Origin: an uncultured Faecalibacterium sp.
GTDB lineage: Bacteria; Bacillota; Clostridia; Christensenellales; Aristaeellaceae
Direction: 5' to 3'
Assembly (NCBI GenBank): GCA_964547515.1
Contig: CAZJOA010000001.1
Location: forward strand, 1 to 58,965
Length of the DNA: 58,965 nucleotides
Shown: in pieces, positions 45,880 through 55,753 of the stretch
How the letters are laid out: the number at the start of each line of letters is the position of its first letter
How positions within the stretch are numbered: position 1 is the first letter of the stretch
Translations under genes and position numbers: made by a program
The notes under the pieces: generated by a model
Database searches by the model: none
Told to the model about the DNA's origin: nothing
What the model saw: only the letters and a program-made list of their open reading frames with translations

Positions 45880-46854
45880 ATGTTGAAAAAGAAAATCAGC
45901 AAAAAGCGTGCCATGCGTGCCGGACAGCTTGCGTGGTCGCTGGCGCGCGGCTTCCTGCTGTTCATCCTGAGCTTTGTCATCCTCTTTCCGCTGCTCAAGA
46001 CCCTTTCCCGGGCGTTCATGCCCTTTGAGCAGTATTTCGACCCCGGCGTGGTGTGGATTCCCAAGTCCCTGACGCTGCAAAACGTCAAGGCTGCCGCCGC
46101 CACCATGGGCTACGGCAGTGCGCTCCTCCACACCGGCACGCTCTGCCTGGGCTGTGCGCTGTTTCAGGTCGCCTCATCGGCCTGTGTCGGCTATGGCTTC
46201 GCACGCTTTCGCTTCCCGTGCAGGGGGCTGCTCTTCGGACTGGTGGTGCTGACCATCGTCGTCCCCACCAGCCTGATCTACATCCCGCTGATGATGCAGT
46301 ACCGCTTCTTCGACTGGTTCGGCATCAGCCATGTGCTGTCGTGGTTCACGGGCGAAATGAAGACCACCAATCTGCTGGGGAGCTACTGGACCTTCTTCCT
46401 GCCCAGCGCCCTGGGCGTGGGTGTGCGCAGCGGCCTGTTCATATACATCTTCCGCCAATTCTTCCGCAATGTGCCCAGGGAGCTGGAGGAAGCGGCGAAG
46501 ATCGATGGCTGCGGCCCGCTGACGACCTTCCTGCGGGTCATGCTGCCCAATGCGGGCAACTCGGCCATCACCGTTTTCCTGTTTTCCGTTGTCTGGCACT
46601 GGAATGAGACCATGATGTCCAATGCCTTCTTCCCCAAGCAGAAGACCATGGGCGTGCTGGTGTACAACCTGCACACCAGCATCGATGCGGCGGTGAATGC
46701 CGGCTACTACGAGGCGGTCGGCCGCAACTGGGCATCGGGCACGGGCATGCGCTACGGTGCGCTGATCCTGTTCCTGCTGCCGGTGCTTCTGCTCTACATC
46801 GTGGCGCAGCGCTACTTCATCGAGGGCGTGGAGTCCACGGGTATCAAAGGATAA
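45880..46854 (+). CDS. ABC sugar permease
   Basis: ATG 45880 after GAGGAGG. EAA loop LEEAAKIDGCGPLTTFLRVMLP. Confidence 0.85.
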   Translation: MLKKKISKKRAMRAGQLAWSLARGFLLFILSFVILFPLLKTLSRAFMPFEQYFDPGVVWIPKSLTLQNVKAAAATMGYGSALLHTGTLCLGCALFQVASSACVGYGFARFRFPCRGLLFGLVVLTIVVPTSLIYIPLMMQYRFFDWFGISHVLSWFTGEMKTTNLLGSYWTFFLPSALGVGVRSGLFIYIFRQFFRNVPRELEEAAKIDGCGPLTTFLRVMLPNAGNSAITVFLFSVVWHWNETMMSNAFFPKQKTMGVLVYNLHTSIDAAVNAGYYEAVGRNWASGTGMRYGALILFLLPVLLLYIVAQRYFIEGVESTGIKG

Positions 46855-46923
46855 TCCGCCAATTATCCCATCCGCGGGATGGATCGCGACCATTTCGCGG
46901 ATGGGCATGAACGAGGTGATGAG

Positions 46924-48327
46924 ATGGAGTTCATCATTCTGCTGACATCCCTCCTGGGGGATCTGGCGCTGGCCGGATTGGTGCTGCATCTGGCCGGGAA
47001 GCGAGGTGGGGAGGCAAAGGAAGCCGCGCCCGACGTCCCGCCGGTGCAGGAGACGCCTGCCGTGCCGCCGGAAGGCGACAGCCCCCGCAAGATCGGCGAG
47101 ATCGTCGATTTCGGCAAGGAGAAATACGTGCTCCTGCGCGGCCTGGTATCCGGCCGCGTGCAGGATGGGGAGCAGCTGCGGGAGGCATTGCGGGTGACGG
47201 GCCTGTTCGGCGGGGAGGACGGCTGCTGTGCGGCGATCGTCTTCCGCATCAAGCATGGCACGACCACCACCCTGGGACAGGTTCGCAAGGACGTCACGGC
47301 GTGGAATGCCCTGCTGACACAGTGTGTCGAACAGGTCATCGGCATCCACCTGCCCTGCGAGACCGTCTATGGCAGCAACGGCGAGGCCGTCGTGGTGGTC
47401 TTCGGCGCATTGGAGCCGCGTCAGACCCAGGAGATGCTCATCCAGGCCTGCCATCAGGTCATCGGGATGATGCAGACGCAGCATCACCTGATCTTCAGCT
47501 GCGGCATCGGCATGCATGGGGAGTCGCTGCTGGATCTGCCGTATTCGCTGACCAGTGCGCGTCTGGCGTGTGACTATCGCCTGTTTTTCGGCGAACAGAG
47601 CGTGACACGCTATCAGGACATCGAGTATCGCAACAGTGTGCCCTACCTCTATCCGGATGAGGAGGAGAACAATCTGCTGCGGTTCATGAAGCAGGCCAAT
47701 GGCATCCGTGCGGAGCAGGAGATCGCAGCGTTCTTCAAGGCCATTGAAATGACGAATGTGCGCAGTGTGGAGCTGTGCATCCACAACCTTGTGGTGGTCA
47801 TCTGCCGTTTCATCAAGATGACCGGCGAGATCGACAGCGAGCAGCTGGACTATTACTATGTCATTGAGCGCATCGAGCATCTGGAGACGATGTACGAGAA
47901 GATGCAGGAGATCAATGCGCTGGTGCAGACCTACATCAACCATGCGTCGCAGAAGCGCTTTGAGAAGAACGACGGCACCATCGAGGAGATCGTGCAGTTC
48001 ATGGAGCAGAGCTATCAGCAGCCCTCCTTCTCCATCCTGGATCTGGAGGAGCACATGCACTATTCGGGCAATCACATCCGCAACCTGTTCAAGGAGGCGT
48101 ATCAGTGCACGCCGATGGAGTATCTGCTCCAGCTGCGCATCCGCAAGGCGAAGGAGCTGCTGGCCACCACGGACATGAAGGCGGTCAGCATCGCCGAGCA
48201 GGTCGGGTATGAGAACGCGAAGTACTTCTACAGCCTGTTCAAGAAGCACACGGGCATGACGACCTACGAATACCGTGTCAGCGTGCAAAACGGATCAGTC
48301 CGGCCGGATACGGCAGAAGGGGAGTGA
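46924..48327 (+). CDS. AraC-family transcriptional regulator with N-terminal TM helix
   Basis: C-terminal AraC HTH pair (...IRNLFKEAYQCTPMEYLLQLRIRKAKELL...VSIAEQVGYENAKYFYSLFKKHTGMT). N-terminus MEFIILLTSLLGDLALAGLVLHL. Confidence 0.8.
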   Translation: MEFIILLTSLLGDLALAGLVLHLAGKRGGEAKEAAPDVPPVQETPAVPPEGDSPRKIGEIVDFGKEKYVLLRGLVSGRVQDGEQLREALRVTGLFGGEDGCCAAIVFRIKHGTTTTLGQVRKDVTAWNALLTQCVEQVIGIHLPCETVYGSNGEAVVVVFGALEPRQTQEMLIQACHQVIGMMQTQHHLIFSCGIGMHGESLLDLPYSLTSARLACDYRLFFGEQSVTRYQDIEYRNSVPYLYPDEEENNLLRFMKQANGIRAEQEIAAFFKAIEMTNVRSVELCIHNLVVVICRFIKMTGEIDSEQLDYYYVIERIEHLETMYEKMQEINALVQTYINHASQKRFEKNDGTIEEIVQFMEQSYQQPSFSILDLEEHMHYSGNHIRNLFKEAYQCTPMEYLLQLRIRKAKELLATTDMKAVSIAEQVGYENAKYFYSLFKKHTGMTTYEYRVSVQNGSVRPDTAEGE

Positions 48328-48332
48328 CAAGC

Positions 48333-49340
48333 ATGACAAACGCGAAGAAAAAGGGCGCATTCATCATCGACAGGCAGCACCTGGACTATGTGGAGGGGCA
48401 GTTCTACGAGATCTATTCCGACGAGGTGCTGACGAAGCTGTGTGACCTGCTGGACATCCGGGTGGAGCCGATCGATGTCAGCGAGCTGGAAAAGCACCGG
48501 GACACCCTGGCGGAGGTGGAATTTCTGTTCTCCTGGTGGGGCATGTCGCCCATCAGCGTGGCGGACATTAAGAAGTACCTGCCCCGGGTGCGGGTGCTGT
48601 TCTATGCGGGCGGACGGGTGGACTGGTTCGAAGCGCCGTTCCGCGCCTGCGGCATACAGATCGTATCTGCCATCAACGTGCATGCCATCCCCGTGGCGGA
48701 ATTCACCATCGCGGAGATCCTCCTGGCGAACAAGGGAGCCTTCCTCTGCCGCGAGACCCTCCGCACACAGGATTACGAGACCGCGCGCTATCATGCCTGT
48801 CAGTATGAGGGCAACCTGTACAGCCGTGTGGGTGTGCTGGGCGTGGGCAATGTGGGACGCAAGGTGATCGAGTATCTGCGGCCGTTCCAGGTGGAGGTGC
48901 TGGCCTGTGATCCGCGGCTGACACCGGCGCAGGCGCGTCAGCTGGGTGTGGAGCTGGTCTCCATGGAGGAGCTGTTCTCCAACTGCAATGTCGTGACCTG
49001 TCACCTGCAAAACAGCGTCGCTACGGAAAAGCTCATCACCTATGAGTATCTGTCCATGATGGGGGACTATACGACCTTCATCAACAACGGCGACGGACGG
49101 CACATCATCAATGAGGATCTGGCGCGGGTGCTGCGGGAGAAGCCGACGATGACGGCGCTGATCGACATCACTGACCCCCGCAAGGAAGACCCTGCCGGGC
49201 TGCTGAAGCTGCCCAATGTGTTCCGCACGCCGCTGATCGCCGGCAGCATGGGGAACGAGGTGTCCCGCATGGGCGAATATGTGTATGAGCAGTGCCGCAG
49301 GATGATCGAGGACGAGGCGAATGCGCCGATGGGCGGCTGA
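48333..49340 (+). CDS. D-isomer-specific 2-hydroxyacid dehydrogenase family protein
   Basis: NAD fold VGVLGVGNVGRKV. Architecture is typical of the D-2-hydroxyacid dehydrogenase family. Confidence 0.8.
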   Translation: MTNAKKKGAFIIDRQHLDYVEGQFYEIYSDEVLTKLCDLLDIRVEPIDVSELEKHRDTLAEVEFLFSWWGMSPISVADIKKYLPRVRVLFYAGGRVDWFEAPFRACGIQIVSAINVHAIPVAEFTIAEILLANKGAFLCRETLRTQDYETARYHACQYEGNLYSRVGVLGVGNVGRKVIEYLRPFQVEVLACDPRLTPAQARQLGVELVSMEELFSNCNVVTCHLQNSVATEKLITYEYLSMMGDYTTFINNGDGRHIINEDLARVLREKPTMTALIDITDPRKEDPAGLLKLPNVFRTPLIAGSMGNEVSRMGEYVYEQCRRMIEDEANAPMGG

Positions 49341-49359
49341 CGCATTGGAGGAAGGCAGT

Positions 49360-52300
49360 ATGGACAGGCATGCATGGGCGGTACGCATCGCGGACGAATG
49401 GACGCTGCACCGCACGGGCGCTTCGGTGATCTACACCTGCCCTGCCACGGCGAATGCGAAGGGCTTTTTTCCCTGCGGCTTTGTGCGGGAGAACGACAGC
49501 GCCGCCAATTTCGAATACTGGTATGGCCTTGTGCTGCGGGTGAAGGCGAATGCCCCTGCGGCGGACTTCACCGCGCGGATCACGGTGCATCCGGCGGAGG
49601 GCAAGGCGTACAGCGTGGATGTGACCGCGCCCGTGACGGACAGCGGCGCAGTGCTGGAGATCCCCTTTTCGGATTTCCCCTGCGAACAGGTGCGGGAGAC
49701 GGCCTGGCGCTTCGTGCAGGCGGTGGAGCTGACCTTTGACCAGGCGCAGTTCGCCGTTGAGGCGCTGGACGCGCGCCGCCGCCGTCTTGTGTGGCTGGAC
49801 ATCCCCGTTCGTGGCCTGCACGGCGAGCCCGGCGAGAGCGTGACCTATCAGGGGCGCGTGTGCAACTGCACCGATGCGCCGGTGACGGTGGCGCTGCGTC
49901 AGCAGATGGAGGGCTGGGAATCGCTGCAAGCGGTGCTGCGGGTCAACGGGGAGGACGCGCCGTCCGCCGTCCGCCTGAAGCCCTTTGGCGAAATGCCCCT
50001 GACCGTGACCGTCACCGTGCATGCGGACATGGTGGCGGGCGGTCATGAGGACACACGCGTGAAGGCGACGGCTTATTCCGGATCGCTGACCGGCGAGGAC
50101 ACCGTGACGCTCAAGACCCTGCGCACGCTGCCCCACCCGTATATCTACCACGACGCGGCGGGGTGGAGGGCCGTCCGGGAGAAGATCGATGCCCATCCCT
50201 GCTATCAGCCCGCCTATGCGCGTTATCTGGCCTCGGCGGAGGCCTGGGTCGTCGAGCCGCCGATGGAAGGCCGTCCCTTCTGCTACGAGACCAAGGTCGA
50301 GTACCCTATCATGGACACGGCCTATGCCTATGCCCTGACCGGCGAAAAGCGCTATGCGCAGAAGCTCGCGGACTTCTTCCGCCATTTCACCGATCCGGTG
50401 AACGGCTATCCTGCCCGGAAGCGCGGATGCAGCCAGAGCTATGTGCAGGAGGGGCACTTCTTCCAGCATCTGGCGATCCCCTACGACATCATCCACGATG
50501 CCGGTGTGCTGACCGATGCGGACAAGGCCGCCATCGAGGACACCTTCCGCCTGTATATGCGCATGCTGGGGGACGACGTGCGCTCCGGGCACATCTCCAA
50601 CTGGGTCATATCGGAAATGCAGGGTGCGGTCTATTGTGCCATGGCCATCCAGGATATGGATCTGATACAGCGGTTCGTCTTCGGCAACGGCGGACAGGTC
50701 GAGCAGTTCCGCCATGGCGTTTTCAACGACGGCTGGTGGTATGAATGCTCCGTGGGATACAACATCTGGGTGTCCTCCATGATGATCCACCTGGCGCATG
50801 CGCTGCTGCCCTTCGGGTATGATCTGGTGCACGCCCGCTTCCATGTGCCGTTCAACAAGCAGGTGAGCGCCCATCTGCTGGGCGAGCCGGTGGCGGTTTC
50901 CGCAGGCATGTACAATGAGAAATGGGGCGGCAACGAACGCATCAGCGTGGGCATCAAGGACATGTTCGACGCGCCCATCCGCTTCCTGAGCAGCCGGGGC
51001 GTGCTCTTCGGCATGTGCGATTCGGATGAGAAGCGCCTCAGCGGCGTGCATTGCGGCTCTACCTATGACCTGGCGTACACCTATTATCAGGATGCGGCGT
51101 ACATCCCGGTGATCCGGCGGATGGAGGCCGACCCGATCTTCGGTCATCCGGAATTCGACGCGGGCAAGCCCTTCCCCGAGGAGGAGTCAGCCGTTGGCGG
51201 CAATGCCTATGCGGACAATATCGGCATCGCCATGCTGCGCAGCAGCAAGCCGGGTCGGAAGCCCTCCGAGCAGATACAGGCCGTGCTGCGCTATGGCTCC
51301 CACGGCTTTGCCCATGGGCATTTCGACATCGGACAGCTCCTGAGCGTCATGCGTTATGGCCGCAGCTTCTACAATCCCGAAAGCTGCTGGTGGGGCTATC
51401 ACCATTTCCTGTACAAGTTCTACGTCCAGTGCTCCCTGACCAAGAACATGGTCGTTGTGGATGACAAGATGCAAGTCCCGGCGGATTCCCGGCGCATTCT
51501 GTTCCAGAGCGGCGAGAAGCTCCAGGCGGCGGGCATCGAGGTCACGACGCAGTGGGCTTATCCGCCCTATGGCGGCATGTGCTATCACGAGCGCGGCGAA
51601 AAGCAGGATGCGGACGGCCTCCGTCACCGCTTGCAGTACAACCGCTGCGACCTGCCCATCGCCGAGGGCGACGGTGCACCGCAGTATGCCACGCTCAGCG
51701 GCCATACCGAGCCGATCCGTCAGCGCCGTGTGATGGCCGTGCTGGATGACTGCATCGTGCTGTTCGACTATGTGCAGGGCGAAACGGAGCACATCTATGA
51801 CAGCCTGATGCAGATCCGGGGCTTCCGCGGCCTGGAGGGTGCACAGCCCGTCCGCCATACCGGGCAGATGAGCGAGAACATCCTATCCGACGCGCAGTTC
51901 ATCACCGATTGCACCTGGTATCGGGCGAACGGCACGACCGTGGCGCGATTCGTCAGCGAATTCGGTGCGACAGCGCCGCGCGGCGACCGCACGGGACACA
52001 ATGTCCCCGGCGAATTGCGGATGGACGTGCATACTGCCTGGCCGACGCAGACCGAGCAGATGGTGGGACGTGTGGCGACGGACTGCCAGGGGTATGCCGT
52101 GCCGATGGCCTTCCGGGTGACGGCGGACGGCGAGACCCTCCATGCGGACACGCTGAACGGGTGGATACTGGGTCGGCGTGGGTTCACGGTGGATGTGACG
52201 GGTCGCAATGAGCTCGTCCTGGGGCTGAAGCAGGGCTATCGCGAGGATGAGATCGGCCGGCCGATCGACACGCCCCAGGCGTGCTTCTGGGGGAGCGTGG

Positions 52301-52791
52301 TGCTGGAGAAGGCGGACGGTTCGCGGGTCGAGCTGGGTCGGCTGATGCAGGAGCAGCCCGGTTTCGCCGCGACGGAGAACATCGACCCCGGCTGCGGCAT
52401 CGGCAGGGACTACAAGGGCGGACGCGTCACCATCGTCGGGGAGGAATACCCCCATGCCATCCCGGCCAGCACCGTGGATCACGACCGGGAGGGCTGCATC
52501 ACCCTGGATCTGACGGGGCTGGATGTCGTGAACGTGCATGCCTGTGTGGGGGTGGATGCCTTCCCGGGCAGCGAGGATCAGTATCGCCGCACCTATGCCG
52601 TGCGGACACGGGGCAAATCGGCACGCTTCGTCACGGTGATCGAGCCCTACGAGACGGAAAATCAGGTGCTGCGGGTCAGTGCGGACAGCGCGGATCGAGT
52701 GACGATCACCCTGCGGGACGGCACGCGGCAGACGGTCGCCGTCAGCCACATGGAGGACGGCACGCCCGAGGTGACGCTGACGGAAGCATAA
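49360..52791 (+). CDS. cytoplasmic heparinase II/III-like protein with C-terminal NPCBM-like module
   Basis: About 1143 aa, no signal peptide. YGSHGFAHGHFDIGQLLSV (heparinase II/III C-domain motif). C-terminal ...GRDYKGGRVTIVGEEYPHAIPAS... resembles NPCBM. Confidence 0.65.
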   Translation: MDRHAWAVRIADEWTLHRTGASVIYTCPATANAKGFFPCGFVRENDSAANFEYWYGLVLRVKANAPAADFTARITVHPAEGKAYSVDVTAPVTDSGAVLEIPFSDFPCEQVRETAWRFVQAVELTFDQAQFAVEALDARRRRLVWLDIPVRGLHGEPGESVTYQGRVCNCTDAPVTVALRQQMEGWESLQAVLRVNGEDAPSAVRLKPFGEMPLTVTVTVHADMVAGGHEDTRVKATAYSGSLTGEDTVTLKTLRTLPHPYIYHDAAGWRAVREKIDAHPCYQPAYARYLASAEAWVVEPPMEGRPFCYETKVEYPIMDTAYAYALTGEKRYAQKLADFFRHFTDPVNGYPARKRGCSQSYVQEGHFFQHLAIPYDIIHDAGVLTDADKAAIEDTFRLYMRMLGDDVRSGHISNWVISEMQGAVYCAMAIQDMDLIQRFVFGNGGQVEQFRHGVFNDGWWYECSVGYNIWVSSMMIHLAHALLPFGYDLVHARFHVPFNKQVSAHLLGEPVAVSAGMYNEKWGGNERISVGIKDMFDAPIRFLSSRGVLFGMCDSDEKRLSGVHCGSTYDLAYTYYQDAAYIPVIRRMEADPIFGHPEFDAGKPFPEEESAVGGNAYADNIGIAMLRSSKPGRKPSEQIQAVLRYGSHGFAHGHFDIGQLLSVMRYGRSFYNPESCWWGYHHFLYKFYVQCSLTKNMVVVDDKMQVPADSRRILFQSGEKLQAAGIEVTTQWAYPPYGGMCYHERGEKQDADGLRHRLQYNRCDLPIAEGDGAPQYATLSGHTEPIRQRRVMAVLDDCIVLFDYVQGETEHIYDSLMQIRGFRGLEGAQPVRHTGQMSENILSDAQFITDCTWYRANGTTVARFVSEFGATAPRGDRTGHNVPGELRMDVHTAWPTQTEQMVGRVATDCQGYAVPMAFRVTADGETLHADTLNGWILGRRGFTVDVTGRNELVLGLKQGYREDEIGRPIDTPQACFWGSVVLEKADGSRVELGRLMQEQPGFAATENIDPGCGIGRDYKGGRVTIVGEEYPHAIPASTVDHDREGCITLDLTGLDVVNVHACVGVDAFPGSEDQYRRTYAVRTRGKSARFVTVIEPYETENQVLRVSADSADRVTITLRDGTRQTVAVSHMEDGTPEVTLTEA

Positions 52792-52813
52792 GCAAGAGGG
52801 GAGTGGAGGCACG

Positions 52814-55753
52814 ATGATCGTCCGGCAATGGGACATATCGGCGATCCGGCTGACCGGAACGCAGGGCTATCGGCATGAATGGCCGGATACCGAGGATCTG
52901 TTTCGCTTTGATGGCATCGGCCTGACGGTGCGGACGGCGGCAAGTCAGCCGATCCGCCTGCGGGTCACGCTGCATCCGCTGCAAAATGGCCGACCGGAGT
53001 TCATCCGTTCCGCCGTCGCGGAGGTGCTGCTGCCCCCCGGCGGCGGACAGGTCGAGCTGCCCTTCACGCTGTTCGACAGCTGCCGGATGGTGCGTGCCCA
53101 TCTGCGGTATCTGCATGCCATGACGCTGACGCTCCCGCCGGACGCACCGGATGCGGTGCTCACGGAGCTGGGCGCATACCGCCGGGGCGACCTGCTGGCC
53201 GATGCCGAAACGTCTTCCACATGCGTGGGGGCATGCGGCGAAACGCTGCGCTATCGTGTCCGCCTGCGCAATGGGCTGGAGCACCCGCGTCAGGTGATGC
53301 TCCATGCGGAGGCGTCCGGGCACGAGGTGCTGCAATGGTGCTTCCCGGAGACGGTGCTGCTGCCGTCCCGGGGCGAAACGGTGATCGAGCTGTCCGCCGT
53401 GATGACATCCGCTTTGCCGGCGGGCGGCTGCGAGACACGCGCGTTCACCGTCATGGCGGATGGCCGCGAGGCGACCCGGCTGACGCTCCATGCCGCGAGA
53501 CGGCAGCCGTCGCCCTTCCTGCTGCACACGGCGGACGGCTGGACGGCGCTGCGCCGGGTCATCGCGGCGGATGCGGGTGTCCGCGCTGAATTCGAGCGGG
53601 CGTATTGGCAGCCCGCCATGGCCTGGGTTGTGCCCGAACCCGCGACCCATCACCGCTTTGTGTACACCGCCAACAGCCACGAGCGTCTGCTGGAGACCGC
53701 CGTGGCCTGGAAGCTGACCGGTGCACCGGCGCTGCGGGAGAAGCTCGTTCAATGGTTGACGGGCTTTGCGGACGAAAAGTACGGCTACCTTGCCACAAGG
53801 TACTGCTATTTCGAGTTCCCCAAGACCCCCGACGAAGCCCCGGCGGACAGATACCTCGTCCACCACGCCAACAGCGGCGGATGGGTGCAGGAGGGCGAAT
53901 TCATGACCCGCCTGGCCGTCACCTATGACCTGCTGCGCGAGGAGAATTGCCTTCCGCCCCGGGTGCATCAGCGCCTGGAGGAATGCATGCGTGCGTATAT
54001 GGACTTCGCTGACTGGCGGCTGACGGACGGCGACGGCAACAATTTCCAGATCTGTGAGGCGAGCGCCGCGTTGCATTTCGCGCTGCTCCTCCAGGACGAA
54101 ATGTACATCCGGCGCTTTCTTTCCGGGACGAACGGGCTGTACGCGCTCATCGGCGCGGTGTTCAGCGATGACGGCAGCTATTTCGAGGGCGCGAGCGGCT
54201 ACATGAAGCTGGCTGCGGAGGTGCTGGGGCGCACGGCCATCGCCTGTGCGCATGGGGGACGGAATCTCAGGGATGCGGTCGTCCCGGCGGCATGTGAACG
54301 TCAGGTGATGCATGCGCCGTGGTCGTGCAGGGAGGCAGCGGGGGAGAAGCCCTTTCTGGGCATGCGCTTCGAGCGCTTTGCCCCGGTGGAGCGTCCCGTG
54401 CGCTGCCTGAAGGACTACTATGACTGCCTGCTCCGCCTGGTGGACGATGCCGGTGTGCTCTTCTCCGCCAACGACAGCAATGAGCAGAGCTTCTGCGGTG
54501 TTATGCAGCTGGCGTACCATCTCTATCACGACCCGGCGTACCTCCCCGTGGCGAAAAAGGCCGAACGCAATGATCTGCTGTACGGGCTGCACATGCTGCC
54601 CATGGGGCTGACGGAAAAGCCGCGCGGCCTCCATGTGAACACGGGGAATGGCTTTGCCGTCCTACGGGAACGCACGGCGGAGCATCCGGTGCAGACGGTG
54701 CTGAAGTTCGGCCAGCACGGCGGATACCACGGGCATTTCGACCGGCTGAGCCTGCTGAGCGTCATGCGGGACGGCACGACCTTCCACAACAACGAGTACG
54801 CCTGGTATGGCTATGGGTCGTTCCTGTTCAAGATGTGGGTGCAGACCTCCATGGCGCATAACATGGCGGTGGTGGACGACCGCATGCAGGAGCCGACCCC
54901 CTGCGAGGTGATCTGTCAGCAGGAGGGGGAGGATTTCTGTGCCGTCTGTGCGCAGACCGTCAGCCGCTGGAGCGATCCGCCCTATGGCGGACAGACCCCG
55001 TATCCGGTGCGATTCCCGGAGGAGAAATGTGCCCGGGAGGGACGCTGGATCCTCCCGCCCGATACGCCCCGTCCCCAGGGGGACATCGGCGAATACTCCG
55101 ACCCGGTGTTCCAGCGCCGTCTGGTGGTGCTGACGGAGGGCTGCTGCTTCGTGTGGGACTATCTGGAGGCCGAACAGGCGCATACCTTCGACTGTCTCTA
55201 TCATCCCATGGGGCGGCTGGAGGGTGATCTGCCGCCCATGCGGCTGCATACCGCGCGGCTGAACCGCGATCCCTTCGGCGCGGGGCAGTTCATCATGAAT
55301 TGCCATCACTACGCATTGCAGGAGGGCATCCGCCTGCATTTCGTCAACGGGCGCGGACGGGTCAACCCCAACGACATTGTGGATTTCGCCGCCCATGCGA
55401 CGCTGCATGCGGTGTATCCGCCCCGTCAGACGATGATCGTCGGGCGGTATCCCGAGCGTCAGGACACCTTCGCGGACGAGGCGGAATACCAGTCCGCGGA
55501 CATGCTCACCGGCGAAGGCAGGAAGACCGTGGTGCTCCGTCAGCATGGGAAGCGGGCACTGTTCATCACGGCGCTGGAGATCGGCCGTCAGCCGCCGGAC
55601 ATTGCAGAGGTGAAGGCGGTGAACGGGGAATGCATCCGCATCCGCCGCCGGGATGGGCGCGAACGGCTGATTTCGGTCAGCGGGATGACCGACCGCGACA
55701 AAAAGGACATCACTGTGCAGCTTGCTGCCGGGGAGGGAGATCAGGATGAATGA
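52814..55753 (+). CDS. cytoplasmic heparinase II/III-like protein (paralog)
   Basis: 979 aa, no signal peptide. FGQHGGYHGHFDRLSLLSV. Same domain order as the preceding gene. Confidence 0.65.
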   Translation: MIVRQWDISAIRLTGTQGYRHEWPDTEDLFRFDGIGLTVRTAASQPIRLRVTLHPLQNGRPEFIRSAVAEVLLPPGGGQVELPFTLFDSCRMVRAHLRYLHAMTLTLPPDAPDAVLTELGAYRRGDLLADAETSSTCVGACGETLRYRVRLRNGLEHPRQVMLHAEASGHEVLQWCFPETVLLPSRGETVIELSAVMTSALPAGGCETRAFTVMADGREATRLTLHAARRQPSPFLLHTADGWTALRRVIAADAGVRAEFERAYWQPAMAWVVPEPATHHRFVYTANSHERLLETAVAWKLTGAPALREKLVQWLTGFADEKYGYLATRYCYFEFPKTPDEAPADRYLVHHANSGGWVQEGEFMTRLAVTYDLLREENCLPPRVHQRLEECMRAYMDFADWRLTDGDGNNFQICEASAALHFALLLQDEMYIRRFLSGTNGLYALIGAVFSDDGSYFEGASGYMKLAAEVLGRTAIACAHGGRNLRDAVVPAACERQVMHAPWSCREAAGEKPFLGMRFERFAPVERPVRCLKDYYDCLLRLVDDAGVLFSANDSNEQSFCGVMQLAYHLYHDPAYLPVAKKAERNDLLYGLHMLPMGLTEKPRGLHVNTGNGFAVLRERTAEHPVQTVLKFGQHGGYHGHFDRLSLLSVMRDGTTFHNNEYAWYGYGSFLFKMWVQTSMAHNMAVVDDRMQEPTPCEVICQQEGEDFCAVCAQTVSRWSDPPYGGQTPYPVRFPEEKCAREGRWILPPDTPRPQGDIGEYSDPVFQRRLVVLTEGCCFVWDYLEAEQAHTFDCLYHPMGRLEGDLPPMRLHTARLNRDPFGAGQFIMNCHHYALQEGIRLHFVNGRGRVNPNDIVDFAAHATLHAVYPPRQTMIVGRYPERQDTFADEAEYQSADMLTGEGRKTVVLRQHGKRALFITALEIGRQPPDIAEVKAVNGECIRIRRRDGRERLISVSGMTDRDKKDITVQLAAGEGDQDE

